Positions 1 through 13,125 of a DNA stretch of 64,000 bases are shown here, piece by piece (positions within the stretch are counted from its first letter, which is position 1; each line of letters begins with the position of its first letter). Made by a program: the position numbers and the translations under genes. The stretch comes from Vairimorpha necatrix (taxonomy: Eukaryota): NCBI GenBank assembly GCA_036630325.1, contig CP142726.1:1054001-1118000 (forward strand), written 5' to 3'. The notes beneath the pieces were generated by a model that ran no database searches, was not told the origin of the DNA, and worked only from the letters and a program-made list of their open reading frames with translations.

Positions 1-230
1 AGAACTCCGATTAAAACCTAAATTGATTCTATATACAAACAAGATTTCTTAAAAGGACTTTAAAAAGCCAAACTATGTCAGTCAGACATGGGCTTGATAC
101 TGATCAGGAAGGGGGTTTTGAGAGTTCACTGTGTGGATTTCAAAGGAAACCGGGAACCTTCGGAAAAGATCTTAAGCGTATCTTATGATAATTAAGTAGT
201 AAGTAAGATGCCATATTGTACTCAAATAAA
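1..230 (+). mobile_element. 3' fragment of RLE-type non-LTR retrotransposon (cut by window edge)
   Basis: Aligns by eye to 33730-33960 (gaactccgatta..., caaactatgtcagtcagacat, tgtggatttc...cgggaac), which lies downstream of an RLE endonuclease motif. Confidence 0.7.
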
Positions 231-1516
231 ATATTTTTTTTTATCCGGGCGTATGAACGAAATTTGTATAGCCTTTTGTATAAAAATATCGAAACCTGTT
301 TTAATTCTACATTTATTTCGTATCAATCAATATAAAAAATTTCCGTCGTTAATATTATCAAAAGAATAAAATTCTACATTTTTTTTAGTTGGAATAAAAT
401 TATCACTAGCCAAATAATTCCCTCATTGAACCTTGACATATTTGTCTATCATCAGAAAACCTAGAAATGCAATAAAGGTAAATTATGTTCTAAAATTTTT
501 TGCACACATGTCTTTATAATGCAAAACATACTTATTTGATTAAATTCCAGACAAATATGTGTAATTTTGACATGTTTATATGAATGTTATAAAAAATATG
601 TACTACTTTACCGGTTGAATACTGATTATAAATGTAAAAAAATAAAACATTTTGCAACAGACCATCGCATTTTTTTCAATCATAAAACTTAGGCATTATG
701 ACGACCTAACATGCCACCAGTAGTTAGAAATCTATTTTGTATTTATAAAAAGACTAAATAAAGCTACTTGTACCGGCTTGCTATAAATTAGATCTAGAAA
801 AAAAAAATACCCACAAAACAAATTTACTTTGATACGAAGAGTGAGTTAGAAATGAGATTTATGATTTAAAATAATAATGAATGACACCAAAATTTGTTTA
901 TAGTAAGTTATAGGTTGTACAGATATACTTTTGAACATGTTATAATTTTATTAATTCTTTTTTGAATGTATATGTATAAAAATATGAGATTTTTATGAAT
1001 CAAAAATAAGCTCAAGTCGGGAGAATAGATTGCGCCCTTGAAATATACTACATTATAGGTTTTAAAGTTATTATAAGGGCAAAAAAAGTTCAGATATAAT
1101 TTTTATTAAAATATATAAATTTGATGACCGCAAAAACTTTAATTGTTCCGTACAAATGCTAGAGTTCGTCTGATTATTGAATCTAGACCAGCCGGGTTCA
1201 TACGATTTCTTATCAAAATAATTTTACAAACAAGTCTCCCGCAACTTATACGACAATTAAATTCCAAAGAGTTGCTAACCCTTCTTCTGACTTATAGGCA
1301 TTTCTAACCAATCTAGCCTTCTAAGCTTAATTTTTGCTTCTTAAACTTTTGACTAGAAGGAGCTGAACTTTTGTTCCCTTTACATTGAATTCTAAGCTGT
1401 TAAGATCCATGTACATGCCCCATTTATAATTAATTATAACTGCACTTTACATAATGACAGGAAACACAAAACCGTCGACTTGAAAAATTGCAGTTTGTTT
1501 ATTTGTTGATAATTTA

Positions 1517-2362
1517 TCAATTATTGTACATTTCATTCAACTCTTCATAGATCTCTACAACAAATGATGATTTTATAGCCAAGTGAGTTAAAATACTATA
1601 TATTGAGTTTAGAATTGTTTCTACTTCAGTTTTTATGAAAAAATTTTCATATTTATACAGTATCAACTCGTTTATCATATTTTCCAAAGTTTCTATTATT
1701 GGAATATATTTAAATAGAGAAAATATTTCAATATTGTAATTGTGAATTTTAATTCTATGAGAATTTGGTAATTTATGTTTTGGAAAATTTGCCTTCATAT
1801 CGTAGACTTCAAGAAAAATTTGTAACGTCTTTATAAGTTCATAAATTATATTCTTAATTTCTATAGGAGCTTCGGATTTTATTATCATTTGTATAACATT
1901 TGGCAGTTTTCGTTTATTTATTTGAAACTTATTTTGCTTTTTTATTTCTCTAATTGCTCTGTAATATGCCACTGCACATTCATCGATCCTTGACGGTTTT
2001 ATAAGCTTTGATCTTTTTTTACAATTTGTAAATGATTTTAGTTCCATCACTAAGATAAAATGTTTTATTCTTACTTCACACGCAGCCAAATAATTTTTCA
2101 TCTTTTCAATCGGATATGAAGATTTTGTTGAATCAAATTCTAAAGAAGTGGTTTCTTTTGATTGTTCAAAATCCAAAACATTACAAGAGATTTTTTTTGA
2201 GACATTATTTTTTTTTAGTTCAACATTTGCCTTATAGTAAAATTCATATTGATATGGAAATTCCAATCTGTAATTGCTAATTCTGTTCTCGTATACTGTA
2301 ATATTGGTGCAATCATTTGTAATTAATTGCGCACAATAAATAAAATTAATCGTTACAATCAT
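1517..2362 (-). CDS. Lineage-specific multigene family protein (281 aa), possibly secreted
   Basis: Intact ORF, CCC just upstream of ATG, short hydrophobic N-terminus MIVTINFIYCA, family motif YNIEIFSLFKYIPIIETLE shared with four other loci. Confidence 0.85.
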   Translation of the reverse strand: MIVTINFIYCAQLITNDCTNITVYENRISNYRLEFPYQYEFYYKANVELKKNNVSKKISCNVLDFEQSKETTSLEFDSTKSSYPIEKMKNYLAACEVRIKHFILVMELKSFTNCKKRSKLIKPSRIDECAVAYYRAIREIKKQNKFQINKRKLPNVIQMIIKSEAPIEIKNIIYELIKTLQIFLEVYDMKANFPKHKLPNSHRIKIHNYNIEIFSLFKYIPIIETLENMINELILYKYENFFIKTEVETILNSIYSILTHLAIKSSFVVEIYEELNEMYNN

Positions 2363-3289
2363 TTTATGGGTGCAATTTACAATATTTTAAAAAAGCTGCC
2401 TGGGATAATTTTATTCGCGACTATATGTTGAAAAATAAAGCATTTAAAAAAAAGAAGTAAAAAATTGTAAATATGATAATTTTTATGACTTTTTGCTTAA
2501 AAATTTGAAAGCGTAAATATTTCTCCGTAATTATACCAATTTCATATATTTTATGGCGAAAAAAGTATTTTTCCCATAGATAAAAGAATTTACTTACAAG
2601 AAAAGTACATAATCAATTGTTCAAAATGAGCTGATTAATTAATTACGATTTTTATAAAAATTTTTTAAGTGTTTTTTAGAATAAATTCATTTTTTTGTTT
2701 AAATTTCAAAAATCTCTATAAATAGAAATTGAGTTTTTTTAACAAGTATGCTTTGTATTTAATATTTTTCTCATCTTTTAATTTATATAAAACTAATAAA
2801 TTTTTTTTAAAATAAATTTCAATTGATCGGGGTACCAAAATATCCTATACACTAATAAACTGTGATTTTTGATTTATATACTCAAGGGCATTCAGCATGA
2901 ATCATCTTTTTAAAAAACGTTGACAGCATAATAATTTATGTTGTTATTGTGCATGAGAATTTTAGTGAATTTAAAACCTTTTATTTTATTATCTACAAAA
3001 TTCTTCAAATTGTTTAGCTAAAGCAATATACTAGTTATAAATAAAAAAATGTATCACAAAAATGAAGTGGGTTATAGTTAAAACATTTGCTAATATTCAA
3101 AGGTAAATAATCATTATTTTATTCATTGAATAATAACTTTATTTTGTATTATTTTTAAATGAAGAATTAGCAAATTTTGTGAAATGAACTTAAATTCATT
3201 AAAAATTCCTACTAGCTTTAATTATAAACCTCCGACGTGGAAAAAATATCAATACTGACTATTATACTAATTTACTTATAAATATTTTA

Positions 3290-3530
3290 TGAAATTGTCA
3301 TTTATGAATTTTCTTATGTTTACTTCAACTGCTGCGGACTCTATCCGTTCACAGCACCTTCTAGCCACCTCAACTATATTTACATTCAGATCCTTCCACG
3401 TAAAATTCCTGCCGGTGTTCAAAGGAGATGCTCTCAGTGACTTCTTTATAATTCTCATTTAGATGTAATTTTAGATACAAGTCGAAGGGCTGATGGCATT
3501 AACATAATTGCTGCGGTATGTTGTCACGAT
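3290..3530 (-). mobile_element. Degenerate 3' fragment of RLE-type LINE
   Basis: Minus strand reads NYI*MRIIKKSL / ESISFEHR, similar to AHIQTRVLKMTLESL at ~33755. Confidence 0.5.
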
Positions 3531-6104
3531 TCCGTTTCATGTCATGACGTATGATATTATTTAAAAATTTGATTTGTACATTAGGCCCAATTTAAGATAC
3601 TAATTTATAGTAAAAAAAATTTACATTATATCTACGTTTTAGTTTTTTTTAATTTTATTATAATATAATCATGATTCTGTATCAATTGGAAATAATTTTA
3701 TAAACTTTTTGTCTTATCAAAAAATTAAACTTTTTCACAATATCGGGCCAAATATCTAAATTTAACAGTCGTTATATTTTTTTTGATAAAAATTGTGTGA
3801 AAACATGAATTATAATCTAATATTCATAATATCAAATTATCTGGATAAAATTTATAAAAATATTTATAATCTTAAGGAAATAATTGTCGCGTTTTTAAAT
3901 GCAAATAACCACGATTTTTGTATTTTTCTTTTTTTATATTTCATAAAACTTTCATATATGAAGAAGTGTAAAGTTTTGTAGTCTTTTTAGTTTTATTGAT
4001 ATCAAATACTTTTATTTAATGTATCTAACTAGTGTGCTATAACCTGGGGTATCTAAAGTTTAAATTTATGATAAAAACAATTTGTTTAAGAAATATAATT
4101 TTGAACTTACAATAAAAGAATCAGCGGATGCGTTTGTCTTTTACGTAGATTTAATAATTAAATTGTTGTATGTATACAGTTATAATTAACTTTAATTTTT
4201 TTATACATCATTTAACATCATTAATTACAGATCTAAGCATAGATTAGATATTTATAAAAATTTTAATTTGATTATATAGAATTTTTGTTCGCTTTATGTT
4301 TGAATAAATTAACTCGTATTTGTTTTTAACTATATTTTAATTCTACAATAGTTGTACTTATCTTAAAATTCAAAGAAAAAATAATCTACAATTAGAACTA
4401 GATATATTATCTACACAAACATTGATTTGAAAAAGAAAAATATAAAATTATACAAATTACAATGTAACCCCTCGTAATAATATGCATAGAAAAAAGCATA
4501 ATTGCAATATATAGAAAAGAATGATTTTAGATATAAATTGAATTTACTCAGGATTCAAATTGTTGAAAAATGAAGAAGCCTCTTTGACAATGTTGTACAT
4601 TTCCAGTATACATCATAGGTTTAAATTTCTCTAAGAAAAAGGTTATTATAAATTTGTTTTTTTCGTTTACATTTTTTAGTATGAACCATATTATTAACCT
4701 CTTGTAAAAAATTTATTTTTGCCCAAAAAGTTATAATTTCAAAAATTATAATAGATCATTTTTATATTTTTTGCTTCAAATACAATACCAAACCAAGATT
4801 ACGTTAAGCTAAAATGAAATTCGGGATGTCTTTCAAAGAATTTTTTATTATTTTGAATACAAAATTGTTTAGAATACCAAAAATCAGGATGTCCCAGGAT
4901 TTATCACTTTTTATATTTCAAAGATACTAACAGAGCACAAAATTTACATCTGATCGTTGACTTTTGAAGATCCCTATGAGCAAATCGTAGGAACGCAAGC
5001 GATAAAAATAAAACTAGATGCGAGGTCCAGAAGAGGAAGCATTTAGACAAACTCATCCTCTTTGGTGATTTAAAAGCAATAATTTTAGGACAGAAAGTAG
5101 TAACCTTGACTAATATAATTTGTTCTATATAAATGAGTAACGCAACAAAATAATGATTTTGACTAGAATATTTGAAATACTATTACTTTTGCGTAAAAAA
5201 TACATAAAACATATCAGCGCATGAAGCTATATTACACGTTTTTACCATGCTTATGCAATTTGCTATGTTAACATAAACAAAAAAACAAAACAGCATTCTC
5301 GAAATTAAAATTTAATATCAAAACCCTTTTTCAAATTTTTAAAAACTAGTAGTTTATTATTCAAAGTACATCTTTTTAAACTTATTATAAAATTTAATGA
5401 ACCCATCTGATCTTTTTTTACGTTAATCAATCGCCTTTTTAAGAGTATTTAAAATTATAATTACTTAATGCCAGAGAGAAATATCTCTTTGTGTATATTA
5501 TGCGAAAAATTTGCCATTCTTCGATAGTTTCAATCATTAGTATATGCTTAAACAATGAAAATATTTTGATATTTTAATTATGTTTTTTTATTCTTTGAGT
5601 ATTTGATACGTATCGATTCAATTCCATTTTAACATCAAAAACTGACCGGAAAATTTAAAAAATAGTTATGTATCTTCTAGTCTTGTTCTGACTATCAAAA
5701 TGATTACCCAAACTTGCCACTTATTAATAATCTCCGAAAGAAAATATTTTTAAATATATGTTTCTTAATTTTTGTATTTCAATTAATTCCATCATAATAC
5801 TTCTCAGCATGTTCACTAACCTTTCTACCTTCTTAATTTGTTTTTTCTTGTTGGTATTGATTTAAGTTTCATGACTACGATAAAATCTTTAATTTATTTT
5901 CACATTCAGTTAAATAGTCGATGGTCTCATCTTTTCTGCTGTAAAAAATTTGTAAATTCCCATCTATTGTATGGTTTATGTGTAGAGATGCTGCCTCTAT
6001 ACCACAACAAGAAGGGGGGTAGATTGATATTTTTTTCCTGTTTGTTGTTTATTTTATCTTCAAAGTTATCTTTTATAAAAATCATAGATGTGCAATACAT
6101 CTTA

Positions 6105-6501
6105 CCGGGGGTTATGTGAGATAAGATTCACCTATAGAAAAGACCATGGATATTATCTATTGGTGGATCTCATCTATTGATATAAAATATTTGAAATTTC
6201 TTTTAAAATTTTTTAAAACTTTACCTTATGAAAAAAAAATCTATAACGGTAGAAAAAAAATTAAAAGAATTACAAATTTGCGTGAAAACAATGGTAACAT
6301 AAGTATGACTGCTTTATAGTTGCAGATATCTAGGAACATAAAGGGTCATTATATCAAATGGTTTTTTTTATATTAAATTTTTTACCATTTGGCTATGAAG
6401 TGGATTTTATATATGGGTGGATCTCTTCTATAGAAAAAATTCCCAATTAAAAAGTCGTAAAATTCGACTTTTGTGGTGAAACTTATAGCACGGAACCCCG
6501 G
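6105..6501. mobile_element. MITE (~400 bp) with imperfect ~28-bp TIRs, copy 1
   Basis: Starts CCGGGGGTTATGTGAGATAAGATTCACC and ends GGTGAAACTTATAGCACGGAACCCCGG; inverted homolog at 19336-19705; no coding capacity. Confidence 0.75.
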
Positions 6502-8626
6502 CACTATGACTAGATACAAAAGTTTGCCCGTATTCAATTGTATTAACTGCGAGCTTTTAATAAAATCAAATTTAAAAATCATGAAGGGGTAAATAAAGAA
6601 AAAATTTTACAAAAATATACTTTATTTAAGTCTAGTACATGAACAAATACATAAGAATTTTTTACTGGGGGTTGATTTGATTTAGCGTAATAATCTATTA
6701 TTTAAAAACTTTATGGGTCGTATTTATATAATGCAGTTTATCATTTCAAAGCTCGAAAAACTGGAGTTAAAAATTATTTCTTTCATGATTACTCTCAATT
6801 TGCCATGCGCAATCGAAGATTTAAATTTTTTAAGAAACTATGGAACTTAATTGAAGAAAAAGCAAAAGAATGCAGCACGCACCTACTCTATCATAAGAGT
6901 GGCAGCTGTAGAGCCATGGATCATCATCAAACATGTAAAAAAGGCATCTGTCCATATTTACTTAAAACAAGCAGTCAACATAGAATATCACTTCGATATA
7001 TCATCAGTGATCGCATATGAGCATAGCATGAATTTCTTATAATTGAAGATCCTTTTTGCAATAATTTTATGGCCGAAATATTTTTTATATTCGGAATCTA
7101 GCAAATCATAGAAATATGAAACACTCCAGCATTGATTAACGTTCAAGTAGTCTTGATTGTCAAAAAGTTAAATAAGGCGGTATCTAATATTAGCTGATTT
7201 TCAATTTTTTTGTCTCTATACTATTGACATTCTAAAGTCACAAAATTGCTTTTTAGAAACAGCATAATGGCATAAATTTCTACACGCAAATAAGAAATTA
7301 ATATACAAAGAAGATATTAACGTATCCATTGGTCTTTTTTACACTCAATATTTATACAACTTTCTTAATCGTTACTTTAAAGCATCATTATTACAGAAAA
7401 AAATTCAAATTGGCAAATCAAAGCGTTGTATTGATAGATTAAAATGAAGTATAGTTAGTAAGACTAATATTTGTTTATAATCAAAAAAATTCGCACTTTA
7501 AAACAATAGAACGTATCTTGAATATTTTTTTGTTAATTTATTTCGCAAATTGAAACATTTTTTCATAAGATTATATAAGTAAAAAACGCCTTTAGATTTA
7601 GAAAAAACGCTAGAAAGGACGCTATTGAATTCATGTAGAGTACTGAATGGTGTATAATGTTAAGCATTTGAAGTTCTATCTGAGACGTGATTCTACAAGA
7701 CCTATTATAGAGAGTGAAATATGAATGATGTCTTAACAGACGTTATTAAACAAAAAATAGTAAAATTTTTTATAGTTTATAAAATTACTGCGTGTTATCG
7801 TGAGGCATGGGCCAATGAGCAAAAAGCAAATGGTAATAGTAGACCCTAGATATAGCTTACACCTTAATACTCGGATCATGTAATTAGATCCGAATATGAT
7901 ATAATGTATATACAAAAGGTAGGCGATAGTGTTATAAACCACAAAAGGGGCTCTTAGAGCCCAAATAAACGGGCATTTCTAAGCACGATATGCTGAAAGG
8001 TCATGTAGTCATTTATAATATAATTTAAAGCCTTGAATTAATATATTTTATTTGCGCCCTCTGTATCTTAATTGAAAGATCATGCCTGCCTATTACTTAC
8101 AAATTCTAAAAATTTGCCGAAATAGCCTTGATAACTTGTAAGTATCATCAGTGAAAGTAAAGGATTTGCAATAAACAATAACGGATGATTATTTATAGCA
8201 TTAAAATCAAAAAAAATTTAAAAATTTTATGATAATGTATCAATAATATAAAACAACAATATTTGATTCATAAATGTCTATAAAAAACAAATTTAATATC
8301 ATATTTAATGATTTTTTAAGCTTATATGAATTTATAGGGAAAATTCGCCATTAATAAAATAAAAATTGAAAAAATAGACCTTAAAACCAGAAACAAAATG
8401 AATATATTGGTAGTAAAATTTCATCTTTAAAAGATATAAAGATCTGATTCCTTAGAAAAAAAATTTCAACAACATACTGTTAATCCAGCTCTTATTTTCT
8501 AGTATTATTTCTTACTTATAGTTTTTGTCTGTAGATCGTTTTTTCCCTTTCGCTATCATAATTAATTTTTAAATCACGATTTCCAAACACATTTTAAGCT
8601 CAGGTTAAATTGAATATAGATACTCC

Positions 8627-9917
8627 GGCGCTACTTAAAAATTTGCACCCCCTAAAAAAATACGTTCACTGAAAAAAAAATATTTGGTATAAAATGAGAT
8701 AAAATCAAATTTTAAAGGATTTTTTTCCGGGGGTGCGAATTTTTTGTAAAGGTATTTTGAACGTGAAATTTTTTTATTTTATCTATCCCTTATAATGAAC
8801 AGGATGATGGACGAAATGCTTCAATTCAATCCATCAATCCTATTTTCACTGATAATGACAGGGCAATCGACTACGGATTGAAGAACAACTTGTTCTATCC
8901 TTGTATTCCCCGTACTAATGATCAGTGCAAAGGAATTATGTTTATTCAAAACATATCTTTGTTTTCTTAAGGAAAGGGGTACAAATGTAGCAAAAAAATT
9001 TGTAAACGAAGATGTTCATAAAATAAAGGTTCTAAATTTAAATCTTTAGATATTGAATTTAAAAAAAATTCTTCGTTGCATTTATTGTTGGTGTTTGTCA
9101 TATACTAATTTTCAGGCTATCAACATGTGTGAAACTTCTGAACCAACATATATTTCTGTAAAAGAAATAATAATGGAAACAATTTCCAAGTCTTCTACTG
9201 TTGTTACAACGATAGGTGGAGTTGGTCAGAGGATAAAAATAGACGAAACAGCTATTTGTAATGGAATTATAAAATCGAATCCGTCTAGTCGATTGGATTC
9301 TGAACTTGGAATTCAGTGGATAATAGGAGGTGTATTGAAAGGAAATTGTAGAGAGTTTTTTGTGGAACTAATACCCGATAGAAAATGGGAAACGATTTTA
9401 CTAATATTAAAAAAATATGTAAAAGTAGGCGCGGATATAGTAACTGATGGTTATCCATCCTATCCACGTGCTATAGGTAAATTTGGTTCTCACCATAGTG
9501 TGGTAAATCACTCTATGGGATTTTGTAATGAAGAAGGACAAAATACAAATTATGTAGAAAATATGTGGTCGCATCTTAAGCATGATTATAGAAAGAGTGG
9601 AGGAATTAATAAAATAAGAATTAAATGTTGGTTAGATGAGTTCAAATAGCAAAAAAAATATAGAATATTCAAAACCATTTACAATCAAATTAGCCTTCGT
9701 AAAAATAATTGATATTTTTTCTATGTTAAAGTAATTAAATTTTTGAACTAAATAATATGTTATAACTGTTTTTTTAAATATTTAAACTTTTGTAAATTCA
9801 TATTTTCATAAAAATATTGTTTTAAATATAATTTTAAGGGTTAAAAATATTTTTTTTTATATAAATTAATTGGTCAATGTAATTTTTTTTAGGGGGTGCG
9901 AATTTTTAAGTAGCGCC
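8627..9917 (+). mobile_element. Merlin (IS1016/IS1595-like) DNA transposon, family A
   Basis: ~34-bp TIRs GGCGCTACTTAAAAATT(T/C)GCACCCCCTAAAAAAAA; perfect 8-bp TSD GATACTCC at 8619-8626 and 9918-9925; DDE transposase inside. Confidence 0.95.
8795..9649 (+). pseudogene. Disrupted Merlin DDE transposase
   Basis: CCC-preceded ATG at 8795, then stops/frameshifts; ORF 9053-9649 has IDET, VTDGYPSY, VNHS, NTNYVENMWS motifs. Confidence 0.85.
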
Positions 9918-12790
9918 GATACTCCAAAATTTTTTGCAATGAAAAAGTGAAATCCTCTCTTTATGATATGCGAATGGTACATTGAGTTCTTCATTCGATT
10001 TTATGTCGTTAAAATGAGCTGTTCCAAAAATTATTTTTTTAAGCATTATGATCTCGACATTGAAAATTATAAAAGCTTTTCAAATTTGTTCCTATATTTT
10101 ATATTTATAATTATAATTTAAGCCTCAGGAATTAAAGGCGTATTTTTTACCTATCAAAATAAGTAAACAAAAAATCCAAGATAAGAGCAAAATGATAATG
10201 TTTAAGATTAATTATAACGTTGCTAATGTTCGGGGATTTTAAAAGGCTGGCGAAATATTATATTAACATCATTATTAAGACAATTATCATAATGTATTGC
10301 TTTTTCACATATATATATATATATAAGCATGAATAACTCATTGAGAACGGCATAAATAATGGAATAGATTTTATATTAAATATATCTCGTTAAAATTTTC
10401 CCTTTAATATTAGTTATACGCGGTAGTAATTACCTTTCTCGAAAGATCAATCCTTCAGAAGCAACATATATTTTTTTTTGTTTTTTCTTATCATATTAGA
10501 CTATTTATTATATCGCCATCTGAAAGACTATTTTAATTTGAGTTTACTATATCATTGTGATTAGATTTGTGATACCTGTATATTATTTTTTATATTATAC
10601 CAATATAATACTTTTCTTGTAAATCACAAAAAAACAAGTTTGTTTTTAATATCGATACCAGTATATTTTTAACAGTTCTTAACTCTTTGTATAATTTTAA
10701 GATTCGCCTTTGGTTTCGATATGCTTTATTTTTATCATAAATATTCTTTTCTAATTTTATTTTTTTTCGCAAAGTCAAAGGAAATTAATGTTTTAAAAGA
10801 AATTTTATACATCTTTTAATGTCTTAAAATATATAAAAAAGTTGATACAATTATTATATATAACGATTTTCTTTGTATAGTTTTTTTTTAATTTTGGTTT
10901 ATAGTTTTATGGGGGTTCTTCCTGTTGCTGTATGTTCGCAACATTTTTCTTTTTTTTGAGGAATTTTTGAAAATTTTCTTTTATACTTATGCGGTCTATC
11001 CCATTAACTATACAACGTCGCGTTGGTGTATAATTACACTTAAAACAACGAAGTCGATAACGTATTAAATTTTATAATCTTCACATTATTCTTTTTTTTA
11101 GATAAGAAACTATATCATTATTTATTGTATATCTAAACGAACTATTTATAATTTTTATGTCTTATTTGAATCTTGATGAAAAATTTTATAATTTCCTTTT
11201 TATTATATTCAATATCATTTGTACTTTAATTTGAATAAACTTATTTTTTTAGTCATATAAAATAAGCTCTTTATCATTTTTTCCACTTTTATTATTGATA
11301 AATATAGTTTAAAGGCAAAATTGTTCTAAATTTGTAGTTATATATATATTAATTTTGTTTGTGTTTGATTTGTCATGTGCTGATAAGTTTCATTGTAAAT
11401 CATAACCTTAATAGAAGAAAAATTCATAGTTTATAAATTTTATAATTTTGTCTTTAATTTCTGTACAATCATTTGGATATTCTACTTTCTATATTTTATG
11501 AAGTTGTATGTAAGTTAAAATATGCAAATCATTTTCCTTATATTTTTTATCTGTCTAGTAAATATTTTTATATGATCGTCGTCTATTACATTATGTCTGT
11601 CTGTTATCGTCGTTTAACTTTGTGCATTGAATTTCGGTCCCATTATCAATTTAAGGTGTTTATAATGTTTTCATATGTAGATAAATACTTTTATTTACAT
11701 TCATTTAATTTTGTCCAATTGTGAATTATATTTAAACGCAGAGATCTGTGAGGGTGTTCCCGTTTTTTACAACATTTTATGGTAATTGTTTGAAAACCAT
11801 TTTGTTTTTCTGTCTTTTTGTATTAAAACTGAAAGCTTTCATGTGAAAAAAATAGAAAGTAATTATTATTTTTAAAATCATATACGTCGTCACTTTCCTT
11901 TTCATTTTTTTTTGCTGTGACCACAAAAATAGTCGTATAAATTATTACAAGACAAAAAGATATTTATTACATGGGATTATGCTATATTTTAATTAGTTTC
12001 TAGATGAAATAGAAGAAAACTAGATATCAGTTCTTAAGGTTCTAGTAAAAAATACATAAGTTATCGATTTTTTAGCCAGCTGGAACCAGCAAATCAAAAC
12101 AAAAAAAAATATGACTTATTTTAGCAGTATTGCATTTAATATTCATTCATATCAAGATTTTAAATATTTCTTTAAAAAAAACCATTATTTTTATAACGTT
12201 CTATCTTTGACATATTAAGAGTAAAATGGCCATCGTGGAAGTTAAAAACAATTAATATAAACTATGTTAATTAACACAAAAAGATCAAAGATTATATATA
12301 AGAGTTTTATATTGCGTTATGTACACGCAACAACAATAATTTTAAGTAACAACCATGTTAACAAAATTTACAATATAATCGCAGACAATATTGTAATAAG
12401 CAGAAGGCGGACAACGGAATGTCCCTACAATCACATCTAGATATTATATTAACCATTTTGTATATGGTGTACACATAAGTGCATTTTAGTTAAGACAAAA
12501 GGGAAGCAGAAAAACTTTTTGGATTAAATGTGGACCAGATACACAAACATAAAAAAAATAGAACTCCTACAATAGACATAAATTTGGCTAATACCTTTAA
12601 TACTATTATTTTTGAAGATACGTTCTTATAGATTTTTTTAGTATTATAAATTTTTTGTCTAAAGTTTTGGCATTTAATTTTATTTTGTTTAATAGACGGT
12701 ATTTAGTGAAAAATTCAGCATTAAGGTTTGATATTCATTATGGGTCAAAGTGCATCAATTCGTAGTTTTTTTATTTTTGATCATATAAAA

Positions 12791-12839
12791 TGTGATATAT
12801 TTGTATAATTTCTATCCCCCATTATTATAAATAAAGACA
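12791..12839 (+). repeat. 5' LTR (49 bp)
   Basis: TGTGATATATTTGTATAATTTCTATCCCCCATTATTATAAATAAAGACA; direct repeat of 15960-16008. Confidence 0.92.
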
Positions 12840-13102
12840 TGGGGGCGATACCGAATCGTCAGTTTACAAGTGTGGACTGTGGTCTAAAGGCCAAAAAGTT
12901 ATTAAAGGAAGTCAGAAGAATAATGTATAGGTTGGAGATGGAGGAATTAGAAATCAGTTTGTGGAAGCAGAGAATATTTATGGAAGGAAGTGAAGAAATA
13001 AAAAATTTTATGGTAGAAAGAATTAGTAAAGAGGACGAATATTATAAAATAATTGAGAAATTAGAGGAGGAAATATGTAGAGAAGAAAGAACTAAAAAAT
13101 AA
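12839..13102 (+). CDS. Gag N-terminal ORF of the Gypsy element (87 aa)
   Basis: ATG overlaps the LTR end and PBS; CCCCC ~19 nt upstream; a -1 shift in the A-run at 13094-13099 would join it to the long ORF. Confidence 0.65.
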   Translation: MGAIPNRQFTSVDCGLKAKKLLKEVRRIMYRLEMEELEISLWKQRIFMEGSEEIKNFMVERISKEDEYYKIIEKLEEEICREERTKK

Positions 13103-13125
13103 GAAGAAAAAATAGGAGCGAACTT

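Noticed and set aside
6790..7200. Short ORFs 6805-7042, possible transposase remnant
   Set aside because: No diagnostic motif or termini
10590..12560. Possible decayed genes
   Set aside because: Coding-like composition but fragmented, with no identifiable homology by eye
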